Positions 1-8,537 of a DNA stretch of 14,042 bases are shown in pieces. The notes beneath the pieces were generated by a model that was given only the letters and a program-made list of their open reading frames with translations, had not been told where the DNA came from and ran no database searches. This stretch comes from a candidate division WOR-3 bacterium (GTDB lineage: Bacteria > Hydrothermota > Hydrothermia > LBFQ01 > DSFT01). Positions within the stretch are counted from its first letter, which is position 1. The number at the start of each line of letters is the position of its first letter. Where the stretch lies: the NCBI GenBank assembly GCA_965649115.1, contig CBFGJN010000052.1:1-14042 (forward strand). Reading direction: 5' to 3'. A program made the translations under genes and the position numbers.

Positions 1-11
1 GGGAAGTTGAG

Positions 12-115
12 GGGGGGCGAAGCCCCCCAAAGCATAAGAATGGGTATTTTAAAGCCGAAGGCTTATATTCAGGGTGGGTGGGAGAAGTATAGAAATAATT
101 ATATTTTCAGAATTA
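12..115 (+). repeat. Dispersed structured repeat element (REP/MITE-like), left copy
   Basis: GGGGGGC-GAA-GCCCCCC-AAAGCATAAGAATGGGTATTTTAAAGCC-GAA-GGCTTATATTCAGGGTGGGTGGG...CAGAATTA aligns by eye with the reverse complement of 13938-14039. It may extend beyond the window edge. Confidence 0.85.
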
Positions 116-161
116 CTACACACAGCAGATTTAACTCCCAATTATCCTTTAAAATTTCATA

Positions 162-1406
162 ATGCTCCTTATAACTATTTTACTAACATTACTTATTATT
201 GGTATTTTAATTTTTGTTCATGAATTGGGGCATTTTTTATTTGCTAAATTATTTAAAGTAAAAGTTGAAACATTTTCTATTGGATTTGGACCGGTTATTA
301 AATCAATTAAAAAGGGTGAAACAACATATGCTATTTCATTACTTCCTATTGGAGGATATGTTAAAATGGCTGGTGATGAACCAAACTCTTATCAAGGTTA
401 TCCTTATGAGTTTTTATCAAAACCAAACTATCAGAAAATTTTAATTGTTTTAGCAGGTCCTTTATTCAACATTATTTTTGGATTTTTAATTTTTTATATT
501 TATTTTCAAGTTTTTGGAATTACAAATATAAAAAATCCAGAAATATATAAAAGTGAAATTCCTCAAATTCAAAAAGGAGATATTATATTACAAGTTAATG
601 GAAAACCTTTCAATGGTTGGTTCTTTTTACAAAGAGAAAATGAAAAAAAAGATGTCCAATTAAAAATTTTAAGAAACAATGATACAATAAATTTAACACT
701 AAAAAGAAATGAAGTTTTTAAATTAACACCCAAAATTGAACCTATTATTGATAATGTTATAAAAGATTATCCCGCCTATCAAGCAGGTTTAAAGAAAGGA
801 GATAAAATTATAGAGATAGATGGAGAAAAAGTTGAAGATTGGTCAGAAATAAGCAATATATTATCAAAAAAAGCAAATAAGGAAATTAAATTAAAATATG
901 AAAGGAATGGAAAAATTTATGAAGTTCAAATAAAGGTAAAAAGTGATTTTGTAGAAAAAAAACAAGGTAGAATAGGAATTTCTAAAAAATTTGAAAAATT
1001 CATTCCAAATCCAATTTTGGCTTTTAATTTATCATTTGAAAAAACAATAGAATCTTCTTTACTTATATTTAAAGCTTTAATTGGATTTTTTACAGGTGAA
1101 ACACCTCTAAATGCAGTTGGTGGTCCAATTATGATAGGTAAAACAATTTCAGAATCTACAAAAATTGGAATTGATTTTCTATTACTTTTAACAGGACTAA
1201 TTTCAATAAACTTAGCAGTTATTAACCTATTACCAATACCTGCACTTGATGGAAGTCATATTTTAATTTTCTTAGTAGAAGGAATTTTAAGAAGAAAAAT
1301 AAATCCAAAATTTTACTTTGCAATTCAATTAGTAGGTTTTATTTTTCTTATAATTCTAATGATTATTATTACTTTCTTTGATATTTATAGAATTTTAATG
1401 CCATGA
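162..1406 (+). CDS. rseP: RIP metalloprotease RseP (site-2 protease, peptidase M50, PDZ domains)
   Basis: Contains the HELGH zinc motif, [22 protein letters not shown] and [13 protein letters not shown]-type segments are present ([29 protein letters not shown]), plus several hydrophobic helices. Confidence 0.96.
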   Translation: MLLITILLTLLIIGILIFVHELGHFLFAKLFKVKVETFSIGFGPVIKSIKKGETTYAISLLPIGGYVKMAGDEPNSYQGYPYEFLSKPNYQKILIVLAGPLFNIIFGFLIFYIYFQVFGITNIKNPEIYKSEIPQIQKGDIILQVNGKPFNGWFFLQRENEKKDVQLKILRNNDTINLTLKRNEVFKLTPKIEPIIDNVIKDYPAYQAGLKKGDKIIEIDGEKVEDWSEISNILSKKANKEIKLKYERNGKIYEVQIKVKSDFVEKKQGRIGISKKFEKFIPNPILAFNLSFEKTIESSLLIFKALIGFFTGETPLNAVGGPIMIGKTISESTKIGIDFLLLLTGLISINLAVINLLPIPALDGSHILIFLVEGILRRKINPKFYFAIQLVGFIFLIILMIIITFFDIYRILMP

Positions 1407-2410
1407 AAGTTTCTGAAATTTCTAAAATTTTAAATAAAAATTTTCAAGGGGAGGATTTTGAAGTAAATTATGTTAGGGAGATTGAAAACGCAGATGAGAA
1501 TTCAATAACATTTTTATTTGATAAAAAATATGATACTGATAAAATGGTTGGTCTTCTAATAAGTTCATTTATTCCAAGTAATATAAAATATAGAGCAATT
1601 ATTCTATGTGAAGATGTTAAATTAGCCTTAATTAAAATTTTAGAATTATTTGATTGGCATAAAATATCAAAAGAAAAATTTATTTCAGAAAAATCAACAA
1701 TAAATGAAAATGTTGAAATAGGCGATAAAACTACAATTATGGACTTTGTATATATTTCAAAAAATGTTAAAATTGGAAAGAATTGCTTAATTTATCCATT
1801 TGTTTATATTGGAGAAAATGTTAAAATTGGAGACAACTGTATAATTTATCCACATGTTTATATTGGAGAAAATTGCTTGATAGGAAATAATGTTATTTTA
1901 CATTCAGGTGTTAAAATTGGTTCAGATGGTTTTGGATATTATAAGAATTTAAAAATTCCACAAATTGGAAATGTAATTATTGAAGATGATGTTGAGATTG
2001 GTGCTAATAGTTGTATTGATAGAGCAACAATTTCAAGCACAATTATTAAGAAGGGAACAAAAATTGATAATCTTGTTCAAATAGCACATAATGTTGTAAT
2101 TGGAGAAAATTGTATTATAGCAAGCCAAGTTGGAATAGCAGGAAGCAGTAAAATTGGTAATAATGTTATTTTGGCAGGACAGGTTGGAATTGCAGACCAT
2201 ACAATTATTGAAGATAATGTAATTTTGCTTGCAAAAACAGGCGCAAATGGTCATATTAAAGGTAATAATATATATGGAAGTGCCATACCTCCCTTTGAAA
2301 GAACAAACTATTTAAGAATTATAAACATTATAAAAAAACTTCCAGAAATCTACGAGCTATTCAAGAGGCTTAGCTCATCAAATAAAGAAACATCCTCAAA
2401 AAATTCATAA
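1403..2410 (+). CDS. lpxD: UDP-3-O-(3-hydroxyacyl)glucosamine N-acyltransferase LpxD
   Basis: Has an N-terminal uridine-binding-like domain, hexapeptide left-handed beta-helix repeats, [26 protein letters not shown] and [12 protein letters not shown] (catalytic His). ATGA overlap with rseP. Confidence 0.95.
   Translation: MKVSEISKILNKNFQGEDFEVNYVREIENADENSITFLFDKKYDTDKMVGLLISSFIPSNIKYRAIILCEDVKLALIKILELFDWHKISKEKFISEKSTINENVEIGDKTTIMDFVYISKNVKIGKNCLIYPFVYIGENVKIGDNCIIYPHVYIGENCLIGNNVILHSGVKIGSDGFGYYKNLKIPQIGNVIIEDDVEIGANSCIDRATISSTIIKKGTKIDNLVQIAHNVVIGENCIIASQVGIAGSSKIGNNVILAGQVGIADHTIIEDNVILLAKTGANGHIKGNNIYGSAIPPFERTNYLRIINIIKKLPEIYELFKRLSSSNKETSSKNS
1761..1868 (+). repeat. Tandem 54-bp coding repeat within lpxD (two adjacent beta-helix coils)
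   Basis: Units 1761-1814 and 1815-1868 match at 47/54 nt by manual count. They encode [18 protein letters not shown] and [18 protein letters not shown]. Confidence 0.8.
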
Positions 2411-4263
2411 TAGTTATCACTCATAATAATATCATATCCATCAACAAAGTAAATATAATCTCTACAATTTTTTGAACCATAAAACTTATTACCCTTAACA
2501 ACAATATATCCATCACTAAATGCCAAAAATTTAATTTCATTATCTATTTTTATCTCCTTATTTTCAAAACCTTTTGTTTTAATAACTGATTTTAAAGAAC
2601 CATCCCTATGATAAGTTTTTATTTCACCATTAAGATAAGCAATAGAAAGATAGTCATCAAATCGCTTAATACCTGTAATGGGCTTTGAAGGATTATAAGA
2701 TAAAACTTGCTTAATATCCCAAATATCAGTAAACAAATAAATTCCAAGTTTGTCACAAACACAATAATAATTCTTATATTTTGAGATAAGTTTAATCTCA
2801 CTATTTGATATATTATATTCTCTAATTTCATCATTCTCCAAAACAACAATTTTACCATCTTCCGTTCCAAGGATTACTCTTTTGTTATCTAATAAATATG
2901 AACTAACTCTTAAATTTAATGTTTTTTGAACTTGTCCATTCAATTTACAAATATCAACTCTATCATCAAAAATTAAAAACAATAAATTATTATAAAAGAA
3001 ATCATTCAAGCTAACTTTAATTGAATAAACTTCATCAAACTTTTCCAAATCAAAAACCTTCAAAACGCCATTACTATAAGCAAAAAGGTAATTATCAAAA
3101 ATTTTAATTAGGTTAATTTTTTCATTTGAAATGTCAATTTTCTTTAACTTCTTCAACGTTTCAAATTCTTTAAAGGCGATTTTTTCTTTAAGCTTATAAA
3201 CAAGAATATATCCATCACAGCCAAGAAATAGATAATTATCATTAAAGCATATAGAATAAACATTATCACTAATTTTGATAGATTTTTTAAGTTTATAATC
3301 GTTTAAATCATAAACTTTTAAATTATTCAATTTGTCAAATGTTATAAGAAAATCATTATTGTAAGAAAATGTAACTTCATCAGAAAGTGATAAAATAGCT
3401 GAATTTTTTTCAAAATCATAAAGGTAATGTGTTTTATCTTTCATAAGAATAAAATTTTTAATAAAACCAACGATATTTTCCGTAGGAATTTCATATTCAA
3501 AGACTTCTGATAAAGCTTTATTATTTTCAGAAGCATAAATAATTTCTCCTTCATGAATAAAAACAAATCCCTTATCTAAATCAATCCTAACATTCAATTG
3601 AGGTAATTTATCATAAACATCAGCCAAATCATAAACGATATCATTATCAAAAATTTTAACACCCTGCTTAATTTTACCATAATAAACATAAACAACATCA
3701 TTATTTAATTCAAGAGACAAAATTTCACTTGGAAACTCTTTTTCATTTATTTTCACTTCTGACTTTATATTATAAACTATCAACTTATTTCCAATTGTAT
3801 AAAACAGATAATCTTCAAGTTTTTCATAATGTCCATATCCACAACCATATTCCCCAATTTCTTTAAGAAAATAGAACCAATTTTCGTAATAAATCCAAAA
3901 TCTAACAAGTCCATCTTCCCCTCTACTAAATAATAAATTATCTCTAAATTTTACATCTCTATATTTACTTTTCGTAGGAAATCTAAATTTTAAAACTGGA
4001 TATGAAAATCCACTCTTTTTTAAACTTTCAATAAGCTCATCAGATATAAAACCATCTAAATTATCAATAGCGGAGGGTTCTATGGATAATGACTTCTTCA
4101 ATAGAGAATAAAAGCTATCTAAAACCTTTTGAACATCAATAGCCATTTCCTTTGAGAGTATTTCTACAACAGTTTGCATTTTAACAGAACTTCCTTTATA
4201 TAACTTATAGTATTCAACAAATCTTCCAATAAAAGCAATTTCCCAATCATTTAACTTAACCAT
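2350..4263 (-). CDS. WD40/beta-propeller-like protein with an N-terminal helical domain; function unknown
   Basis: 637-aa ORF with strong SD AAGGAGG. Repeated blade-like motifs: [63 protein letters not shown]. No obvious signal peptide. Confidence 0.75.
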   Translation of the reverse strand: MVKLNDWEIAFIGRFVEYYKLYKGSSVKMQTVVEILSKEMAIDVQKVLDSFYSLLKKSLSIEPSAIDNLDGFISDELIESLKKSGFSYPVLKFRFPTKSKYRDVKFRDNLLFSRGEDGLVRFWIYYENWFYFLKEIGEYGCGYGHYEKLEDYLFYTIGNKLIVYNIKSEVKINEKEFPSEILSLELNNDVVYVYYGKIKQGVKIFDNDIVYDLADVYDKLPQLNVRIDLDKGFVFIHEGEIIYASENNKALSEVFEYEIPTENIVGFIKNFILMKDKTHYLYDFEKNSAILSLSDEVTFSYNNDFLITFDKLNNLKVYDLNDYKLKKSIKISDNVYSICFNDNYLFLGCDGYILVYKLKEKIAFKEFETLKKLKKIDISNEKINLIKIFDNYLFAYSNGVLKVFDLEKFDEVYSIKVSLNDFFYNNLLFLIFDDRVDICKLNGQVQKTLNLRVSSYLLDNKRVILGTEDGKIVVLENDEIREYNISNSEIKLISKYKNYYCVCDKLGIYLFTDIWDIKQVLSYNPSKPITGIKRFDDYLSIAYLNGEIKTYHRDGSLKSVIKTKGFENKEIKIDNEIKFLAFSDGYIVVKGNKFYGSKNCRDYIYFVDGYDIIMSDNYYEFFEDVSLFDELSLLNSS

Positions 4264-4306
4264 TTTTTAACCTCCTTATTTTACAATAACTTTTTCAACA
4301 TGTCCT

Positions 4307-4549
4307 TTACACTAAATATCTCAAAAGGAACTTTTGAACTAATGTAGCTGTTAAAAATAAAGCATTCCTATTCGTTCCCCAACAAGATGTACAATCTTCT
4401 GCAATTTTTATTCCACTTATAGGATTACCATTGAAATTCCCACCAGAAGCATTATTATTATCCTCATCAACCCAAAAAAGAAATGCTTTTACGATATTAG
4501 CATCTCTTGTTGACCCAAAGCAAACACTTCCTATGCTACTTCCTGTCAT
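4307..4549 (-). CDS. Small 80-aa protein, probably a truncated remnant of a larger beta-rich (DUF3344-like) protein
   Basis: SD GGAGGT and ATGA overlap with the upstream dehydrogenase stop; fills the intergenic gap. The IVKAFLFW...FNGNPISG.KI....SCWG pattern resembles, from memory, the A-Y-L-Y-W...F-N-G...C-W segment of extracellular beta-sandwich proteins. Confidence 0.45.
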   Translation of the reverse strand: MTGSSIGSVCFGSTRDANIVKAFLFWVDEDNNNASGGNFNGNPISGIKIAEDCTSCWGTNRNALFLTATLVQKFLLRYLV

Positions 4550-5535
4550 GTCCCACCTCCTAAGCTTATAATAACCTTAATTGCCTTTGGACTTCTTGCC
4601 ACTTCAAAAGCTTTTTTTATTTCACTAAAACTGAATTTATGAGTTATTAGTTCTGATGGCTTAATAACTCCACTTGATATTAAATTTAAAGCAAATTTTG
4701 TATCTTCATGGCTTGAAGAATAACTTGGAATAATAGAAATTTCATTAAAGTAAATGTAATTTATATTCAATTTTAAAAATTCAGAAGGTGGTGTTGGTGC
4801 AAATAATATAATTCTACTTGCTTTATCTGCTAACTTTAAAGCAAACTCAACTGCTTCAATCGTAGGAGGTCCTACAATAATAAGGCTAAATTTTTCTTTA
4901 AAATTAAATTCATCAGGATGATAAACTTCATCAATTTTAGCCCAATTCTTAGCAATCTCCATTCTATTACTATTTAAATCAAATCCAACAACTTTTCTTG
5001 CTCCAAAAATTTTCAATAACTTACTATTTAAAAGACCCATAAATCCAAGACCAATAACCGCACAATTATCATAATTATTTAAATTAGCTTTTCTTATTGC
5101 TTTAATAGAACAAGCAAGGGGTTCAATTAAACAAGCATCTTCATCACTAACAAAATCTGGAATCTTTAAAACATCAACTTCATATATATTTTTTGGAATA
5201 CTTATGATTTCACTAAAACCCCCTGGATAAATTTTTATTTTCCTCCAAGTTTCACAAGCAGTCCATTCTCCTCTTTTACAATAATCGCAATTTAAACAAG
5301 GTGCATGATGATGAACAAATACTCTATCACCAACCTTAAATTTAGCAATCGGTGATTTTATAACCTCACCAACAATTTCATGTCCTGGTGTATAGGGTGA
5401 TTTTGACTTTACATACCAATCCATTAATTCACCTGTACAAATACCACACATTCTAACCTTTACTAAAAATTCTCCTTCTATTTCACCCTCTACAATTTTC
5501 AAATTTGCAAAATCATTAAATAATAAAAATTTCAC
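4546..5535 (-). CDS. Zinc-dependent medium-chain dehydrogenase (sorbitol/L-iditol or threonine dehydrogenase-like)
   Basis: Catalytic Cys in CGICTG, GHE motif, structural Zn site C-x2-C-x2-C-x7-C, LIEPLAC, and Rossmann motif GLGFMG. GTG start overlaps the upstream TAG. Confidence 0.93.
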   Translation of the reverse strand: MKFLLFNDFANLKIVEGEIEGEFLVKVRMCGICTGELMDWYVKSKSPYTPGHEIVGEVIKSPIAKFKVGDRVFVHHHAPCLNCDYCKRGEWTACETWRKIKIYPGGFSEIISIPKNIYEVDVLKIPDFVSDEDACLIEPLACSIKAIRKANLNNYDNCAVIGLGFMGLLNSKLLKIFGARKVVGFDLNSNRMEIAKNWAKIDEVYHPDEFNFKEKFSLIIVGPPTIEAVEFALKLADKASRIILFAPTPPSEFLKLNINYIYFNEISIIPSYSSSHEDTKFALNLISSGVIKPSELITHKFSFSEIKKAFEVARSPKAIKVIISLGGGT

Positions 5536-6011
5536 TAACTTTCTCTTAAAGCACTAATTATTTGGTTTTCAAACCATTCTTTACTCCTATAACCGATAGC
5601 TTTTGCTTTGACTTTACCATCTTTACCAATAATGAATGTTGTTGGAAGACCATTAATACCACCGAATAATTTTTCTATATTATCATTAGAATAACCAATT
5701 ATATAATTTATACCCATACTTTTTACAAATTCTTTAATTTGCGATTCCTTCTCACCAACATTAAGTCCTATAAATTGAACTTCATTTTTATATTTCTCTT
5801 GAAGCTCAATAAAATGAGGAATCTCCTTAGTACAAGGGGGACACCAAGTAGCCCAAAAATCAACAATAATAACTTTACCATAAAATTGAGACAAATCTAA
5901 AACTTTATTATCAATTGTTTTAAACTGAAAATTTGAAACTTTATCACTTGAAAAACTTTTCTCGCAACCTAACACAAATAAACCTAACCAAATAAACCTA
6001 AGCATAAACAT
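5535..6011 (-). CDS. TlpA/ResA-family thiol:disulfide oxidoreductase, probable lipoprotein
   Basis: DFWATWCPPC active site, cis-Pro motif GLPTTFII, and an N-terminal signal ending in a lipobox-like LFVLGC. Confidence 0.92.
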   Translation of the reverse strand: MFMLRFIWLGLFVLGCEKSFSSDKVSNFQFKTIDNKVLDLSQFYGKVIIVDFWATWCPPCTKEIPHFIELQEKYKNEVQFIGLNVGEKESQIKEFVKSMGINYIIGYSNDNIEKLFGGINGLPTTFIIGKDGKVKAKAIGYRSKEWFENQIISALRES

Positions 6012-6034
6012 AAAATGGGGGAATTTAACCCCCT
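6012..6034 (-). terminator. Possible intrinsic terminator/hairpin after the Ton-cluster genes
   Basis: On the - strand, GGGGG-TTAAATT-CCCCC (6017-6033) is followed by ATTTT and lies directly after the stop at 6035. The + strand reading is followed by TTTATTT. The 5-bp stem is short. Confidence 0.4.
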
Positions 6035-6958
6035 TTATTTAAACTTAACAACAATTTTTTCTAACTTTATACCTCCTCCTTCATAATATCCAGGCTTTAA
6101 AACGAGGTTCCCTTCCTCAATAGGTAATCTACTCATTATGAATTGTTTAAGAATTCTCATTCTTTCTTCCATAACACCCATAGCCTCTGGACTTGGATAG
6201 TAAGTTATCTCAATAGGAGAAGTCCATGGATAATTCTCCTTCAATATATTTAATGCTTCTATAATTCTATCTTCTTGACCTTCTCTAAAAACAGCAAATC
6301 CCTTTTCAAAGACATCTCCAATATCAACAATTGTGTATTTATATCCACCTTCTTCATAATAATAACCTTTTACAGAAAAAGGCTTACTTAATTCTCTTCT
6401 TGTTTCTCTACCATCAGAAACTGTTATTCTATAATGGAATAATTGACCAGGTTCAGCTACAGCTTTACCTTTAGTATCTTTACCATCCCAATAAACAAAA
6501 TCAGGTAATTTACCTTTTCCTGAGTACTCTTTTAATTTATTACCCCAAGAATCATAAATCTCAATTTTCCATTCTTTAACATTTCTATACTTCTTATTAA
6601 ATTCACCAACATTTAAAGGAATTTCCCTATATACATTTATAGGATAAACAGGCTGACGGATAAACAAGTTTTCAAGCTTTATAACCTTTCTTATTTCATC
6701 TTCAATTGTTTTAGGAAGTCTAAGCTCAAGTTTTCTCTCCTTTCTATAAAGTAATGAATCTATTGGCTCAAAAGGAGCAAGTGTAACATCAGTTATTGGC
6801 TTAACAGCATCATCAATTGAGTACTCAGCCTTTTCAACAACTTCTTCCTCTTGCTCAGTTCCTGAACCAGCAGATTGTTGTTGTTGCTGTTGTTGTTGCT
6901 CCTGAGACATCAAAAAACTAACAAAAGCAAATAAAATTAAAAATTTAAATATTCTCAT
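6035..6958 (-). CDS. Exported protein with FlgD/CTD-like Ig domain and a degenerate OmpA-like C-terminal domain
   Basis: Signal peptide MRIFKFLILFAFVSFLMSQ followed by a polyQ/acidic linker. WKIEIYDSWG...VYWDGKDTKG...YRITVSD is an FlgD-Ig pattern. The C-terminal beta-alpha pattern VFEKG...IIEALNILKENY...IEIT...EERMRILKQFI looks OmpA-like. SD AAGGAGG. Confidence 0.7.
   Translation of the reverse strand: MRIFKFLILFAFVSFLMSQEQQQQQQQQSAGSGTEQEEEVVEKAEYSIDDAVKPITDVTLAPFEPIDSLLYRKERKLELRLPKTIEDEIRKVIKLENLFIRQPVYPINVYREIPLNVGEFNKKYRNVKEWKIEIYDSWGNKLKEYSGKGKLPDFVYWDGKDTKGKAVAEPGQLFHYRITVSDGRETRRELSKPFSVKGYYYEEGGYKYTIVDIGDVFEKGFAVFREGQEDRIIEALNILKENYPWTSPIEITYYPSPEAMGVMEERMRILKQFIMSRLPIEEGNLVLKPGYYEGGGIKLEKIVVKFK
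6875..6898 (-). repeat. Trinucleotide microsatellite (CAA)3CAG(CAA)4 encoding Q8
   Basis: + strand reads TTG x4, CTG, TTG x3. Confidence 0.9.
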
Positions 6959-6969
6959 AATCTCCCTCC

Positions 6970-8088
6970 TTATGTTAGAACAAATCTAACAGTTAATCTT
7001 CCTTTTTCCTCAGGTTTTCCAGGTTTAGGAGCAAACTTCCACTGTTGAAGTGCTTGGATAGCAGCATTATCCAAATCAGCATAACCTGATGAACGGACAA
7101 CTTGTATATTAAATACATTACCATTAGCATCTACTGAAAATGATAAAACGACAGTTCCTTCCCAACCTTGCTGTTTAGCTCTCTTCGGGTATATAGGTTT
7201 TACCCTATTGAGAATTTGCCTATTTGCTACTTCACCTTCAAGTTGCATACCAGCAGGAGCTGAAACACTCGCTACTTCCTGAACTGATGGAGCAGAAACT
7301 GTTGGTTTGCTAACCTCCACCCTAACCTCACTAGCAAGACTTGGATTTTGAGTAAGACTAACTGCACTTCCTCCACCAATACCACCACCTACATCAGTTC
7401 CAAGTCCAAGACCACCACTTCCTCCACCTTCAATTCCTCCACCAAGCGAAATAGCTGGCACTGCTTCTTTTGATAATATGTCAGATATACTAGCACCTTT
7501 ACCAGTGACACCTACAACAACATCTGCAACGCCAACATCAGCTAAGTTTTGAGAACTAATATCTATTTCAGCTTGTAAATTAGCTATATTCTCTATATTT
7601 GTTTTACTTAAATCCACTTTAACATCAAGTTGTTCAGTCTGAACAGAAGGCATATTTAAAAGTCTTGGATCTATATTCACATTAACATCAAGTTTAGGAC
7701 CACCACCAAGACCAGGTGTTGGTTTTGGGAGTTCTGTTGATCGAGTTAAGAGTTTTGAACTTAAATCAATTTTCTTTTCTTGACCAGGTTTATTATCTTC
7801 CTTCTTAGCTTGTTCAGGCTTCTTTTCCTCCTTCTTTTGAACTTCCTTTTTCATTTGTTCAACTTTCCTTTGAAGTTTTGGATTTAAAAACTTTGATTTC
7901 ATAGCCTTTTCTTCAAGAAGTTGAATTTCCCTTAACCTTGCTTCCTCAATAGCCTTCGCTATCTGACTTCTTAATGTCCAAAGAACACCAGCATGGATAA
8001 GAATAGCAAAAATTAGAAAAATCAAGAACCTCCTCTTTGACCCCCTATCTTCCTCCCATTCTGGGAGGACCACTTGTCTCTCTCTCAT
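6970..8088 (-). CDS. tonB: Energy transducer TonB family protein
   Basis: Single N-terminal TM helix with His (IFAILIHAGVLW), a long low-complexity linker and a TonB C-terminal domain (PIYPKRAKQQGWEGTVVLSFSVDANG...RSSG...LDNAAIQALQQWKF). SD GGGGGTGA. Confidence 0.92.
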   Translation of the reverse strand: MRERQVVLPEWEEDRGSKRRFLIFLIFAILIHAGVLWTLRSQIAKAIEEARLREIQLLEEKAMKSKFLNPKLQRKVEQMKKEVQKKEEKKPEQAKKEDNKPGQEKKIDLSSKLLTRSTELPKPTPGLGGGPKLDVNVNIDPRLLNMPSVQTEQLDVKVDLSKTNIENIANLQAEIDISSQNLADVGVADVVVGVTGKGASISDILSKEAVPAISLGGGIEGGGSGGLGLGTDVGGGIGGGSAVSLTQNPSLASEVRVEVSKPTVSAPSVQEVASVSAPAGMQLEGEVANRQILNRVKPIYPKRAKQQGWEGTVVLSFSVDANGNVFNIQVVRSSGYADLDNAAIQALQQWKFAPKPGKPEEKGRLTVRFVLT

Positions 8089-8100
8089 GTTATCACCCCC

Positions 8101-8535
8101 TTATGTTGTTCTTTTGATAACTGCTAATGTTATCCTTTTACTTCCACCTCTTTTAACTGCATCAATAGCATCCAAAACTGTTTTCCAATCAACCGATTTG
8201 TCCGCTCTTATTACTACCAATTGTTCTCCCATTTCTGCATCAGGATTTTTTGATTTATATTCCTCTTGTGCTTGCTTAACTAATTGCGTTAATGTTTGTA
8301 AATCAACTTGTTTATCTTTAAAATACAATGTTCTATCTTTCTTTATAGAAACTGCTATACTTTGCTCTAAGTCAGCTTCTATTACCTTTGCCTTTGGAAC
8401 TTCAACTTCAACACTTGTGCTTTGGAACATTTGCTTAGAAGCTATTATCAAAGTTATAAATATAAATGCAAAGATATTAGCAAGATTAAAGACTGCTTGT
8501 GCAACCTCGCCTTCTCCACCCTTAGCCTTTGCCAT
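8101..8535 (-). CDS. exbD: ExbD/TolR family protein (non-canonical, Asn at the conserved Asp position)
   Basis: N-terminal TM helix, VEVPKA, and periplasmic motif VVIRADKSVDWKTVLDAIDAVKRGG. SD GAGGAGG. Confidence 0.88.
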   Translation of the reverse strand: MAKAKGGEGEVAQAVFNLANIFAFIFITLIIASKQMFQSTSVEVEVPKAKVIEADLEQSIAVSIKKDRTLYFKDKQVDLQTLTQLVKQAQEEYKSKNPDAEMGEQLVVIRADKSVDWKTVLDAIDAVKRGGSKRITLAVIKRTT

Positions 8536-8537
8536 AA

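Noticed and set aside
12..115. Terminal repeats as CRISPR repeats, tRNA or rRNA
   Set aside because: No repeat-spacer periodicity, no cloverleaf or T-loop motif, and no rRNA-like sequence.
1761..1868. 54-bp tandem repeat as an extra inserted coil in LpxD
   Set aside because: The number of 18-aa coils before the DGFG motif matches my recollection of E. coli LpxD, so this is ordinary hexapeptide periodicity.
2033..2254. 73-aa - strand ORF
   Set aside because: Antisense shadow inside lpxD; its Cys/Asn-rich composition comes from complementing hexapeptide codons.
2619..2870. 83-aa - strand ORF
   Set aside because: Alternate frame nested in the 637-aa gene, with no recognisable motif.
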